A stretch of DNA of 64,000 nucleotides, taken from the NCBI GenBank assembly GCA_963704165.1, contig CAVPHD010000005.1, positions 128,001-192,000 of the forward strand, given 5' to 3'. The notes below the pieces were generated by a model that was given only the letters and a program-made list of their open reading frames with translations, was not told where the DNA came from and did no database searches. This document shows, in pieces, positions 49,349 to 59,047 of this stretch. Numbering within the stretch: position 1 is the first letter of the stretch; the number at the start of each line of letters is the position of its first letter. Source of the DNA: an uncultured delta proteobacterium. Lineage in GTDB: Bacteria > Myxococcota_A > UBA9160 > SZUA-336. The position numbers and the translations under genes are program-made.

Positions 49349-50221
49349 GTGAAGCTTGCGACATTCACGCACGCGGGAGCGACGCGAATCGGCGTCGTGG
49401 TTGGGAGCGAAGTGGTCGATCTGGCGGTCGCCGCGCCCGAGCTTCCACGCGAGATGGAGGCCTTCCTCGCCGCAGGCTCGAGCGCGCTCGACCGCGCGCG
49501 GGCGGTGGCGCAAAGCGGAGAGCGAATCGCGCTCGCCGAGGTCCGGCTCGAGGCGCCGTGTCTGCGACCGCGGAAGTTCCTGGCCATCGGGCTCAACTAT
49601 GCCGACCACATCGCTGAGACGGGCCGACCCGCGCCGGAGTTTCCGGTCTTCTTCAACAAGCAGACCTCGTGCGTGAACGGACCCTACGATCCGATCTGGA
49701 TGCCGAGGGTTTCCGACAAGCTCGACTACGAGGGTGAGCTCGCGTTCGTGATCGGGCGGCGTTGTCGCCACGTGCCGAAGAACCGGGCACACGAGGTGAT
49801 CGCCGGCTACCTGATCTGCAACGACGTCTCGGTGCGAGACTGGCAGCACCGGGCGCCGACGATGACGCTCGGCAAGTCCTTCGACACGCACGGGCCGCTC
49901 GGTCCGTTCCTGGTCACTCCCGACGAGCTCGGCGATCCGCACGTCCTCGATCTCGAGACGACGGTCGACGGCGAGCGACGTCAGAAGTCGAACACGCGGC
50001 ACCTCGTCTTCGACTGCTTCGACCAGGTCGAGACGCTCTCGACCGCGTTCACGCTCGAGCCCGGCGACGTGATCAGCACGGGAACCTGCGGGGGGGTCGG
50101 CGTCGCGATGAACCCGCGCGGATACCTGAAGGTCGGTCAACGCGTGCGGGTGACGATCTCTGGCCTCGGTCAGATCGAGAACCAGGTCGTGCCCGAGCCG
50201 GCGGACAGCGCGCGGACATGA
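49349..50221 (+). CDS. Fumarylacetoacetate hydrolase family protein
   Basis: [37 protein letters not shown]. Confidence 0.93.
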   Translation: MKLATFTHAGATRIGVVVGSEVVDLAVAAPELPREMEAFLAAGSSALDRARAVAQSGERIALAEVRLEAPCLRPRKFLAIGLNYADHIAETGRPAPEFPVFFNKQTSCVNGPYDPIWMPRVSDKLDYEGELAFVIGRRCRHVPKNRAHEVIAGYLICNDVSVRDWQHRAPTMTLGKSFDTHGPLGPFLVTPDELGDPHVLDLETTVDGERRQKSNTRHLVFDCFDQVETLSTAFTLEPGDVISTGTCGGVGVAMNPRGYLKVGQRVRVTISGLGQIENQVVPEPADSART

Positions 50222-51764
50222 ACGGCGCCGAGGCTCTGATCCGCAGCGCGATCGCTTCGGGCGTCGAGGTCTGTTTCGCGAACCCCGGCACGACGGAGAT
50301 GCACCTGGTGGCCGCGCTCGACTCGGCGCCCGGGATGCGCGCGGTGCTCGGCCTCTTCGAGGGTGTCGTGACCGGTGCGGCCGACGGCTACGCGCGCATG
50401 GCCGGCAAGCCTGCGCTGACGATCACGCACCTGGGACCCGGCTTCGCGAACGGCATCGCGAACCTTCACAACGCGCGGCGCGCGAATACCCCGGTCGTGA
50501 ACCTGATCGGCGATCAGGCGACCTGGCACCTCGATGCGGACGCGCCACTCACCTCGGATGTCGAGTCACTCGCGAAACCCGTCTCGGTCTGGGTGCGAAA
50601 GACGAAGACGGCGGCCGAGCTCGCCACCGACGTGGTCGAGGCGATCGCGGCGTCGCGGCGTGCGCCTGGCGGAGTGGCCACGCTGATCGTCCCGGCCGAC
50701 TGCGCCTGGGGAGAGGCGCCGGGCATCGCGAGGCCGATCGCCTTCGAAGTCGCACTCGAGGTGCCCCGGCGAGTGGATCGACGAGGCGGCGCGCGCGCTG
50801 CGATCGGGCGAGCCCGCGTCTGATCCTGCTCGGTGCGAACGCGCTCTCGAGGCGTGGATCGCTCGCGGCCGCTCGCGTCGCCGCGAAGTCCGGCGCGCGG
50901 GTCATGTTCGGCACGTTCCCCGCGCGCGTCGAGCGCGGCGCCGGCCTGCCGGCGTTCTCGAAGTTCCCGTATTTCCCGGAGCAGGGCGTCGAGCTGCTTT
51001 CCAAGGTCGGTCGGCTCGTGCTCGCGGGCGCGACGGAGCCGGTCGCATTCTTCGGCTATCCGAACACGCCGAGCCGGCTCACGCCGTCGAGCTGTCGCAT
51101 TTCGGTGTTGGCACGACCGGATCACGATGCGGCGGGCGCGCTCGAAGCGCTGGCCTCCGCGCTCGGTGCGGGGCCGAACGGAGCCGAGCTCGCGACTCGC
51201 GCGTCGATCGAGCCGGCGACCGGCAAGCTCACGCCGGACGCGCTCGGTCGCACGCTCGCCGCGCTTCAGCCCGAGAACGCGATCGTCGTCGACGAAGCCG
51301 CGACCTCGGGTGCGCCGTGGTTCGGCTTCGCGAGCGGCGCGTTGCCGCATTCGTCGCTCGGTCTCACCGGCGGCGCGATCGGTCAGGGGTTGCCGAATGC
51401 CGTCGGCGCCGCGATCGCGTGTCCGGATCGGCGGGTGATCGCGCTTCAGGCCGACGGCAGCGGCATGTACACGCTTCAGGCGCTGTGGACCGCTGCGCGC
51501 GAGTCCCTCGACGTGAAGACGATCATCTGCGCGAATCGCATGTACCGCATCCTGAAGGTCGAGCTCGCACGTGCGGACATCTCGCAGCCCGGCCCCGCCG
51601 CACGCTCGCTCACCGACCTCGGATCGCCGGATCTCGATTGGGTCTCGCTCGCGCGCGGCATGGGTGTTCCCGGGGAGCGCGCCGAAACGGCGGAGGAATT
51701 CGCGGGCGCGCTCGGCCGCGCGTTCGCCGAGCCCGGACCGTATCTCGTCGAAGCGGTGCTCTGA
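50218..51764 (+). CDS. Thiamine diphosphate-dependent enzyme (acetolactate synthase large subunit-like), two apparent frameshifts
   Basis: [35 protein letters not shown]; breaks near 50765 and 50819. Confidence 0.88.
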
Positions 51765-51773
51765 GTCGAACCC

Positions 51774-52488
51774 ATGGCAGGCGTCAAGCTCGACCACGTC
51801 GCGATCGGCCTCCCCACCGCCGGGCTCGCGAAGCCGTTTTTCGAGGACGTGCTCGGCGGCGCTCCGGCGGGTGGGCATTCGGGTGTTCCGTTCGGCTTCA
51901 CGCAGTGGGCGTTCGCGGGTGGCGGAAAGATCGAGGTGATCTACCCGATGGGTCCGCCCGACGGGTTCCTGCACCGCTTCCTCGCGCACGGCGGCCCGCG
52001 CATCCACCACGTGACGTTCAAGGTGCCGAGCCTCGACGAGATCTGCGCGCGCGCGACCGAGCTGGGCTACACCGTCGTGGGTACGGACCGCTCCGACCCG
52101 CACTGGCAGGAGGCGTTCCTGCACCCGAAGCAGGCCCAGGGCATCGTCGTGCAGCTCGTCGAGTCGAAGCCGCGGCCGGGCTGGGACGACGGACCCGCTC
52201 CGAAGCCGCGCGCGGACGCTGCGCGCGTTCGCGGTCTGCGTCTTTCCGCGAAGTCGGCAGACGCTTCGCGAAGGCAGTGGAGCGAGCTGCTCGGCGCAGA
52301 GTGCTCGCGCTCCGGGGAGTCGCTCCGGTTTCGCTGGGCCGACTCGCCGCTCGCGATCTCTCGTCGATGTCGATTCGCGACGCGACGAGGGACCGCTGCA
52401 GATCGAGCTCGACGCCGCGCGGGATCTCGCCTTGCCCGAGGGCCGTCACCCGGAGCTCGGCACGCGCTTCGTGCAGGTGCCCGGGTGA
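51774..52488 (+). CDS. VOC family protein (methylmalonyl-CoA epimerase-like), one apparent frameshift
   Basis: LDHVAIG, IEVI, IHHVTFKV, EAFLHPKQAQGIVVQLVE; coding continues in another frame after about 52365 to TGA 52486-88. Confidence 0.8.
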
Positions 52489-53249
52489 CGCGAAGGGGAA
52501 TCGTCCTTCACCAGTTTCCCTACTCGCACTATGCCGAGAAGGCCCGTTGGGCACTCGACTGGAAGCGAATCCCCCACGAGCGCGTCGACTACCTGCCCGG
52601 TCCGCACGTCCCGCAGATGCTTCGGCTTTCGGGTCAGCAGGAGGTGCCGGTTCTGCAGATCGGCGAACGCGTGATCGCGGGCTCGGCCGCGATCATCGAC
52701 GAGCTCGAGAAGCTCTTTCCCGAGCCCGCGCTCTACCCGGCCGATCCGGAGCAACGCGAGCGCGCGCTCGCGCTCCAGCGGCACTTCGACGTCGAGCTGG
52801 GGCCGCGCATCCGCCGTGCGCTCTTCTCGGTGCTGATCCGCGAGCCGGCCTACATGTGCCGGATCTTCGCCGGGCGTCGCAGCGCGCCGGTGCGCGCCGC
52901 GTACCGCGCGCTCTTTCCAGCGACGAAGCAGGTGATGGGACGCAGCATGGCGCTCTTCGACGCGCGCGCGATCGAGGATTCGTTCCGTGGCACGCGCGAG
53001 GCGCTCGACCGGGTCGCGAAGGAGGTCGCGGGGAGCGGGCAGCTCGTCGGCGATCGCTTCGGCATCGCGGATCTGACGGCCGCCGCGTTCTTCGCGCTGC
53101 TCCTGAAACCCGATCACCCCGACATGGCGCGACCCGAGCCAGTGCCGGAGCGCGTACGAGAGCTGATGTCGGGCTTCGCGCCGCACGCCGGCATGCACTG
53201 GGCTCTCGAGCAGTACCGACTTCACCGCCCGATTCGCACGGGCGGCTGA
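52485..53249 (+). CDS. Glutathione S-transferase family protein
   Basis: GTGA coupling; SHYAEKARWALDWK, VPVL, SAAIIDELE, FGIADLTAA. Confidence 0.86.
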   Translation: MTRRGIVLHQFPYSHYAEKARWALDWKRIPHERVDYLPGPHVPQMLRLSGQQEVPVLQIGERVIAGSAAIIDELEKLFPEPALYPADPEQRERALALQRHFDVELGPRIRRALFSVLIREPAYMCRIFAGRRSAPVRAAYRALFPATKQVMGRSMALFDARAIEDSFRGTREALDRVAKEVAGSGQLVGDRFGIADLTAAAFFALLLKPDHPDMARPEPVPERVRELMSGFAPHAGMHWALEQYRLHRPIRTGG

Positions 53250-53252
53250 CGT

Positions 53253-54017
53253 TCAGAACTTCGGCTCGCGCTTGTTCAGGAACGCCTGGGTTCCCTCGAC
53301 CATCTCCGCGGAACCGCAGAGTTCGCTGAAGATCTGCGCTTCCCGTTCCAGACCTTCGGCGAGCGGGAGATCGAGACCCTCGCCGATCGCGCGAAGCGAC
53401 GCCGCGAGCGCGCGCGGTCCGTTCGCAAGGCACGCCACCAACCACTGTTTCGCGCGCGCGAGCAATTGGTCCGGCTCGGCGAGCTCGTTCACGAGTCCGA
53501 TCGCGAGCGCGCGCTCCGCGGAGATGTGTCCCCCGTGAAGGATCAGCTCGGTCGCGACGCCGCGTCCGACCAGGCGTGTGAGCCGCTGCGTGCCGCCGAA
53601 GCCCGGCAGGATGCCGAGCTTCACCTCGGGCTGGCCGAACTTCGCCTTGGTCGAGGCGACCCGCAGATGACACGCGAGGGCGAGCTCCGTTCCGCCACCG
53701 AGCGCGAAGCCGTTCACCGCTGCGACGACCGGCTTCGAGAGTCCTTCGATGCGCGAGAAGACGGCCTGTCCGCGCCGAGCGAACTCGAGACCCGAACGCG
53801 CGTCGAGGCGAGCGATCTCGTCGATCGCCGCGCCGGCGACGAACGCGCGCCCGGCGCCGGTGACGATCGCGGCGCGAATTCCAGCGTCGCTCGCGACGCG
53901 TTCGACCGCGATGTCGAGCTCTCCGAGCAGCTCGCCGGAGAGCGCGTTCAGCGCTTCGGGGCGATTGATCAAGAGCGTCGCGATTCCGTCCTCGACCGAG
54001 ACCTCGACGAGCGCCAT
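53253..54017 (-). CDS. Enoyl-CoA hydratase
   Basis: NRPEALNAL, AFVAGA, GFALGGGTEL, GQPEVKLG..PGFGGTQRL. Confidence 0.93.
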   Translation of the reverse strand: MALVEVSVEDGIATLLINRPEALNALSGELLGELDIAVERVASDAGIRAAIVTGAGRAFVAGAAIDEIARLDARSGLEFARRGQAVFSRIEGLSKPVVAAVNGFALGGGTELALACHLRVASTKAKFGQPEVKLGILPGFGGTQRLTRLVGRGVATELILHGGHISAERALAIGLVNELAEPDQLLARAKQWLVACLANGPRALAASLRAIGEGLDLPLAEGLEREAQIFSELCGSAEMVEGTQAFLNKREPKF

Positions 54018-54022
54018 CGACT

Positions 54023-55795
54023 CTAGACCTCGACGCCGACGAGCGCGCGCAATCGCTCGGGCGATGTCCGATGCAGGAATTCCCCGGCGGGCAGGCGCTC
54101 GGGATTCGACTCCGCGATCGCGCGCAGAAGACCGATCAGAACGGGCACCATCTGCTCCGACGAGATCTTCTCGTACAGCACCTGCGCGACGCGCGTGCCC
54201 TCTCGCGAGCCTCCGACCACGATCATGTGCGCGTTCTTGCCGAACCCGGTGATGCCGATCTCGGCCGACGGGGGCCGCGAGCAGTGATTCGGGCAGCCGG
54301 CCATGCGCAAAACGACGTCGACGTCGCCGAGCCCGGCGGCTTCGATGGCCTCGCACAGCCCGGGAATCGCGCGCTCGGCTTCGGTCATGGCGAGTCCGCA
54401 GGTTGGCAGCGCCGGACAGCCGAACGCCTGCTTCCGGAACATCGAGATCGTCTCGGCCGCCCGCACGCCGTTCGCAGCGAGCGTGGCGTCGACGAGCGCG
54501 CGCTTCGACGCGGGGACGTGCGTGAGGAGCAGGTCCTGATTTCCGGTGATGCGAACGCAGATCTCCGGGATCTCCGCGAGCACCGACGAGATCGCCGAGC
54601 GCATCCGACACGAATCGGTGTCGAGCACACGTCCGCTCTCGACCGGGATGCCGAGGAAGAGCTTTCCGTCGCCCGCTTCCCGGTGCCAGCCGTGCCAGAA
54701 GCGATTCGGCGGCAGCGGCTGCGGATCGGCGTCCTTCAGCTCGAGCCCGAACCGCCCGCGCAGCTCGGACTTCACGTGTTCGACTCCCAGGCGCCGGATC
54801 GTGTGCTTCCAGCGCGCCAGACGGCGGTCCTTGCGTTCGCCGTGGTCGCGTTGGAGCGTCGCGATCGCGCGCGTCGCCGCCACGACCTGATCTCTCGGCA
54901 CGCGGCCGAGGTAGAGAGCGAGCAGTGCGCGCGTCTGCGACTGGCCGTGCGTCGTACCGAGTCCACCGCCGGCGTAGAGGTCGTATTCCTCGGCGACCGC
55001 ACCGCCATCGACCACCGGCAGGAATGCGACGTCGTTGGTCAGAGCGTCGACCGAGTTGTCGTGCGGGTGGGCGATCGCGACCTTGAATTTGCGAGGCAGA
55101 TACTGGCCGCCGTAGATCGGCTCGTCGCTCTGCATCGGCGTTCCGGTCTCGCTCGCGAGATCGGTCAGGAAGATCTGGTAGTACGCCGACGAGCGCGGGG
55201 AGAGCTCCTTCGCGATCCCGTAGGCGAGCTCGCGCGAGCGCAGCGGCAGCTCGGGAATCAGGTCGTCCACGACGGAGCACATCGTGTTGCGGTTCACGTC
55301 GCCGCAGGCCGCGATCGTCGTCATCTCGTAGCCGTTGTTCGGATAGTCCTGATTCAGGAAGCGAACGAGCGGGCCGAGACTTTGCGCGGGAACGTGGTGG
55401 AACTGGATTGCCTGGCGCGTCGTCAACCGGAGGGAGCCATTGGCGAATCGATCGGACGCGTCGCAGAGCGCGCGGAACTGCGCGCCGGTGAGCTCGCCGC
55501 CACCGGGGACACGCATGCGCACCATGAAGATGTAGTCGTGTGTCTTGCGGCCATCGACGCGCGCCTGCTGCTTGTAGATCCCGAAGTGCTTCGAGATCTC
55601 CTTCGCTTCGCCGGAGAGCGTCTCGGCGCGCCCGCCCGAGAGATCGTCGAGCTCGGAGCGGAAGCTGTGCTTCGTCTTTCCAGAGACCCAGAACAGCCCC
55701 TCGCTCTCGAGCTTGAGCCGCTCGTTCTTCGACATCTCGTCGAGCGTCGAGTCGGCGAGCGTGACGACCTTGGGCGGGGAGGTGTCCTTGGGCAT
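54023..55795 (-). CDS. Assimilatory sulfite reductase hemoprotein-like (siroheme/4Fe-4S)
   Basis: KHFGIY, LRLTTRQAIQFH, ACGDVNRN, YLPRKFK, CPALPTCGLA, GCPNHC. Confidence 0.88.
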   Translation of the reverse strand: MPKDTSPPKVVTLADSTLDEMSKNERLKLESEGLFWVSGKTKHSFRSELDDLSGGRAETLSGEAKEISKHFGIYKQQARVDGRKTHDYIFMVRMRVPGGGELTGAQFRALCDASDRFANGSLRLTTRQAIQFHHVPAQSLGPLVRFLNQDYPNNGYEMTTIAACGDVNRNTMCSVVDDLIPELPLRSRELAYGIAKELSPRSSAYYQIFLTDLASETGTPMQSDEPIYGGQYLPRKFKVAIAHPHDNSVDALTNDVAFLPVVDGGAVAEEYDLYAGGGLGTTHGQSQTRALLALYLGRVPRDQVVAATRAIATLQRDHGERKDRRLARWKHTIRRLGVEHVKSELRGRFGLELKDADPQPLPPNRFWHGWHREAGDGKLFLGIPVESGRVLDTDSCRMRSAISSVLAEIPEICVRITGNQDLLLTHVPASKRALVDATLAANGVRAAETISMFRKQAFGCPALPTCGLAMTEAERAIPGLCEAIEAAGLGDVDVVLRMAGCPNHCSRPPSAEIGITGFGKNAHMIVVGGSREGTRVAQVLYEKISSEQMVPVLIGLLRAIAESNPERLPAGEFLHRTSPERLRALVGVEV

Positions 55796-55852
55796 GGGCG
55801 CGCAACGGTACCTTGCAGGCCAGCACGAGGCAAAGTCCACGGGCCGATGCTT

Positions 55853-57280
55853 CTAGAACGCGTAGCGGAGCGCGACGAACGATCCGTAGCTCCAGCGGCC
55901 CTGATCGTCGCCCAGGGCGGGACCGGGTTGGAAGGCCGCCACGGCGAATTCGAGCTCGAGCTGCTCCCATTCCTCGAGCGCAAGCACCAGGTCGATCTCG
56001 CGGCCGAGCTTGCGTGAATCGCCGGTCAGCTCGAGCTCGAGCTCCGCGTCCCAGAGCGAATCGGCCGGCTGGTGCAGCCGGAACTCGTGGTAGACGAGAT
56101 CGAGCGAGCTCGAGCGAAGCAGCGAGCAGCCTACGCCCGCAGTCCAGACCTGCAGGTTCGAGAGGTCCGGTTGCAGAAGAAAACCGTACTGACCGAATCG
56201 CTCGACCCCGCCGAAGCCCGCCTCGTTTGCGTGCAGTCCCGTCTGGCGGAAGTGCTCCGACGCGAGCGCGTAGCTGGCGAAGATCCGCGGCTCGATCTCG
56301 AGCGGCGGCAGCCAGCTCGCACCGAGATCGAAGGCCCAGCCGTCCACGTCGCGTCGCTCCACGCTCACGACCTCGCTCCGCGTGTCGGAGATCTGCTCGT
56401 ACTCCGTCCAGTGCTCCCGTCCGCGAAGCGCGGCGGTGTCGATCCAGTAGCCGAGCAGTCCGGCCGAGCCGACGGAAAACACGCCGGTGGCGCGCGCGCC
56501 GAACCAGGTGAGCTTCGAGTCGGGCTCGTCCTCGCGCGCGGTGTCGATCACGCTGCCGACGGCACGCGTCGGCGAGCGGTCGTGTTCGCGCAGCGCGAAG
56601 AGCTGGAAGCCGTGGTCCGGCGCATAGTCCCAGGAGAACTCGGCGATCCCTCGCGACACGCGGTCGTGTTGGGGATCGACGAAGCTGACGTCGGAGCGCT
56701 GCGGCCAGATTTCACGCCCGTAGGCGAGCGCGAGCTCGGTCGTCTCGCGCTCCCAGATCACGCGCACGGCATCGAGCTCCTCGTCCCACCACCAACGGCG
56801 ATCGTCTTCGAAGTCGAGGCGGCCGGCCTCGAGGCTGAAGCCGCTCTCGGCGATGTTCTCGCTCGCGATCCACATTTCACCGCGCTCGACGAACTGGTCC
56901 GAGACCTCGTCACGGCTCTCGGGCAAGAGGTCCTCCTCGAGCGCGACCTGGACCTGCGCGAAGAAGGAGAGCGCCTTTCCGATGCTGTAGAACGCCTCGA
57001 GCTCGAGCGCTTGAGAGAGCAATCGCCGGTCCGGCTCGTCGACCTGCTCGCCCGAGATCCAGCGCCGGAGCTCGAGCAGCTCGAATTCCAGCTCGCCGCC
57101 GAGAACGAGGTCGTGGCCGCGGATCTCGATACTGAATGGCCGCGTCGGACGACGCTTGTCCTCGCGCTCCGTCAGTCGCTGCCGGAGCCCTTCGTCGTCC
57201 TCGTCCTCCTCGGCCGGATCCGACGCGAACGACATCGACGCAGCGCTCCCCACGAGAAGCGCGATCGCGAGCCAGAACAC
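55853..57280 (-). CDS. Alginate export (AlgE-like) outer membrane beta-barrel
   Basis: Signal peptide; GRLDFEDDRRWWWDEELDA, FRQTGL..NE, PDLSNL, LGREIDLV, C-terminal YAF. Confidence 0.8.
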   Translation of the reverse strand: MFWLAIALLVGSAASMSFASDPAEEDEDDEGLRQRLTEREDKRRPTRPFSIEIRGHDLVLGGELEFELLELRRWISGEQVDEPDRRLLSQALELEAFYSIGKALSFFAQVQVALEEDLLPESRDEVSDQFVERGEMWIASENIAESGFSLEAGRLDFEDDRRWWWDEELDAVRVIWERETTELALAYGREIWPQRSDVSFVDPQHDRVSRGIAEFSWDYAPDHGFQLFALREHDRSPTRAVGSVIDTAREDEPDSKLTWFGARATGVFSVGSAGLLGYWIDTAALRGREHWTEYEQISDTRSEVVSVERRDVDGWAFDLGASWLPPLEIEPRIFASYALASEHFRQTGLHANEAGFGGVERFGQYGFLLQPDLSNLQVWTAGVGCSLLRSSSLDLVYHEFRLHQPADSLWDAELELELTGDSRKLGREIDLVLALEEWEQLELEFAVAAFQPGPALGDDQGRWSYGSFVALRYAF

Positions 57281-57304
57281 GAGCCTCGCAGCCGCCAGAG
57301 CCAG

Positions 57305-57841
57305 CTACTCCAGGCCTTCGATCGGAGCGAGCAGGTCTTCGAGGAAGAACGCGGACAGGGCCGCGCGTCCCGTCAGGCCCGCCTTCGTGTAGATCGAGCG
57401 AGCTTGCTCGCGGACGGTGCGCTCGCTGACCGCGCGCACCGTCGCGACTTCCTTGTGCGTGAGACCCTTCAGCAGCAAGAGCGCGACCTCGCGCTCCGCC
57501 TCGGTCAGGTTCCAGCGCGAGAACTGGACTTCGATCGCATCGCCCAGACCGTTCAGGAGCGCACGCGACTCGGTGCGCCAACGCTGGCCCTGCACGCGCG
57601 CGAGCTCCAGATCCCGGATCACCCGCAAGTGCTCGTCGCGCTGCCGCTCCGACACGCGGAACAGCAGCGCGACGCCGACGCTCGCGGCGACGACGGGCAC
57701 GATCTCGATCAGCTCGAGGAGAAGCTCGCCGATCGTCAGGTCGGGCTCTTCGATCTTCTCGAGCGCGATGAAGAGCCCGACCCCGCCGATCAGCGCCGCC
57801 AGCGCCCACTTTCTCACTCTGGGTTCGATCAGGTCCGTCAT
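57305..57841 (-). CDS. Membrane-anchored LuxR-family HTH regulator
   Basis: Two N-terminal hydrophobic segments; LTEAEREVALLLLKGLTHKEVA...SERTVREQ..SIYTKAG. Confidence 0.88.
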   Translation of the reverse strand: MTDLIEPRVRKWALAALIGGVGLFIALEKIEEPDLTIGELLLELIEIVPVVAASVGVALLFRVSERQRDEHLRVIRDLELARVQGQRWRTESRALLNGLGDAIEVQFSRWNLTEAEREVALLLLKGLTHKEVATVRAVSERTVREQARSIYTKAGLTGRAALSAFFLEDLLAPIEGLE

Positions 57842-57880
57842 GTTCGGCTCCCAATCCGGTGGCGGCGGCTTCGGACCTGC

Positions 57881-58903
57881 TCAGTCCAGGTCGTCACAGA
57901 CCGCGGCGAAGTTGCACTCGGTCAGCGTAACGACTTCTCCGTCCTCCGGATTGACTTCGAGGAAGAGCCCCACGCCGCGAGCGTAGTACTTTCGCTCGTA
58001 GCCGTCCGGGGAGATCGGCGTGAACTCGCCCGTGACGATGCAGTCGCCGTCCGCGCAGAGCGCCTGGGCGAGTGCCGCGGGAACGAACTCGTCGAGCGCG
58101 GGATCGCTTCCGTACGCGTAGGTCGTCGAGAGCACCTCGGCCGCGTCCTCGGCATCGCCGCGTGCGAGCTCCTGGCGATAGACGTCGCCGACCACCGGCG
58201 TGCCCAGGAACACCAGACCCGGAAGCGCGTCGTCCCGACCCGCCTTCCACGAGCCCTCGACGTCCACGAGCTCCGCCTCGAGCGGGTCGTCGCCGGGAAA
58301 CAGCTCGAAGTTCTTCGAGATCTCGCCGCAGTACGCGACGCTGCCATCGGTCCGCTGCGCGAACCAATCGTCGGTGTCTTCCACTTCCTGGCCATCGCTG
58401 GTGACCACGTCGCGAACGACCACGCAGGTCACGCCTTCGATCTGCTTCGTCTTGGGCAGGACCTCGATCGAGAGCGCCTCGTCGGGCCCTTCGTACGTCC
58501 ACGTGTTCCCGATCGCGAGCGGGAAGTACGGATTGGCATGCTGCAGGTTCGAGAAATCGGTCTCGTAGGTCTCGGGGTCGAAGTCCGGCTCGTAGAGGTC
58601 CTCGCCGAGTGCCGTGCACAGATCTCGCCGTGCGGTGAGCTGTTCCCGACAGAGCGAAGCGGCGTCGCGGCTCTCCTCGCGGGCCTCCGAGGCGCACTCC
58701 GAGCGCTCGCCGGACTCCGCGAGATTCAAGCAGTTCGCCTTGGCGCTGAGATAGTCGTCGACCGTCTCGGCGGTACACGCGGCGAGCTGCACCTTCGCGA
58801 TCTTCTGACAGGTCGTCTCTCTGCCCCGGGCAGACGCGGAGCCGCCGATCAGAAAGCTTGCGGCGAATACGATCGCCAACAGGAGTCGTCGATGGTGCCT
58901 CAT
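57881..58903 (-). CDS. Secreted acidic Cys-rich hypothetical protein
   Basis: GAGGAG SD; signal peptide; Cys-rich helical N-domain; NPYFPL, DWFAQ, GSWKAG, YRQE, KYYARGVG. Confidence 0.8.
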   Translation of the reverse strand: MRHHRRLLLAIVFAASFLIGGSASARGRETTCQKIAKVQLAACTAETVDDYLSAKANCLNLAESGERSECASEAREESRDAASLCREQLTARRDLCTALGEDLYEPDFDPETYETDFSNLQHANPYFPLAIGNTWTYEGPDEALSIEVLPKTKQIEGVTCVVVRDVVTSDGQEVEDTDDWFAQRTDGSVAYCGEISKNFELFPGDDPLEAELVDVEGSWKAGRDDALPGLVFLGTPVVGDVYRQELARGDAEDAAEVLSTTYAYGSDPALDEFVPAALAQALCADGDCIVTGEFTPISPDGYERKYYARGVGLFLEVNPEDGEVVTLTECNFAAVCDDLD

Positions 58904-59047
58904 TGCATTCTCCTCACTTTCGCGCCGGTTCCGTGTCACCCCGACTTCGAGGTCCGCGGCCCGGCTTCATGAGGACGAATGCACCCCGCGCGAGGTCGTT
59001 TCCATTGTCGGAATGACGTACGCGGCTTCTCGCGGCCGGAGAGCGCG

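Noticed and set aside
51774..53249. 491-aa VOC-GST fusion in the ORF track
   Set aside because: A frameshift near 52365 explains it. The VOC C-terminus continues in another frame to a TGA overlapping the GST GTG start.
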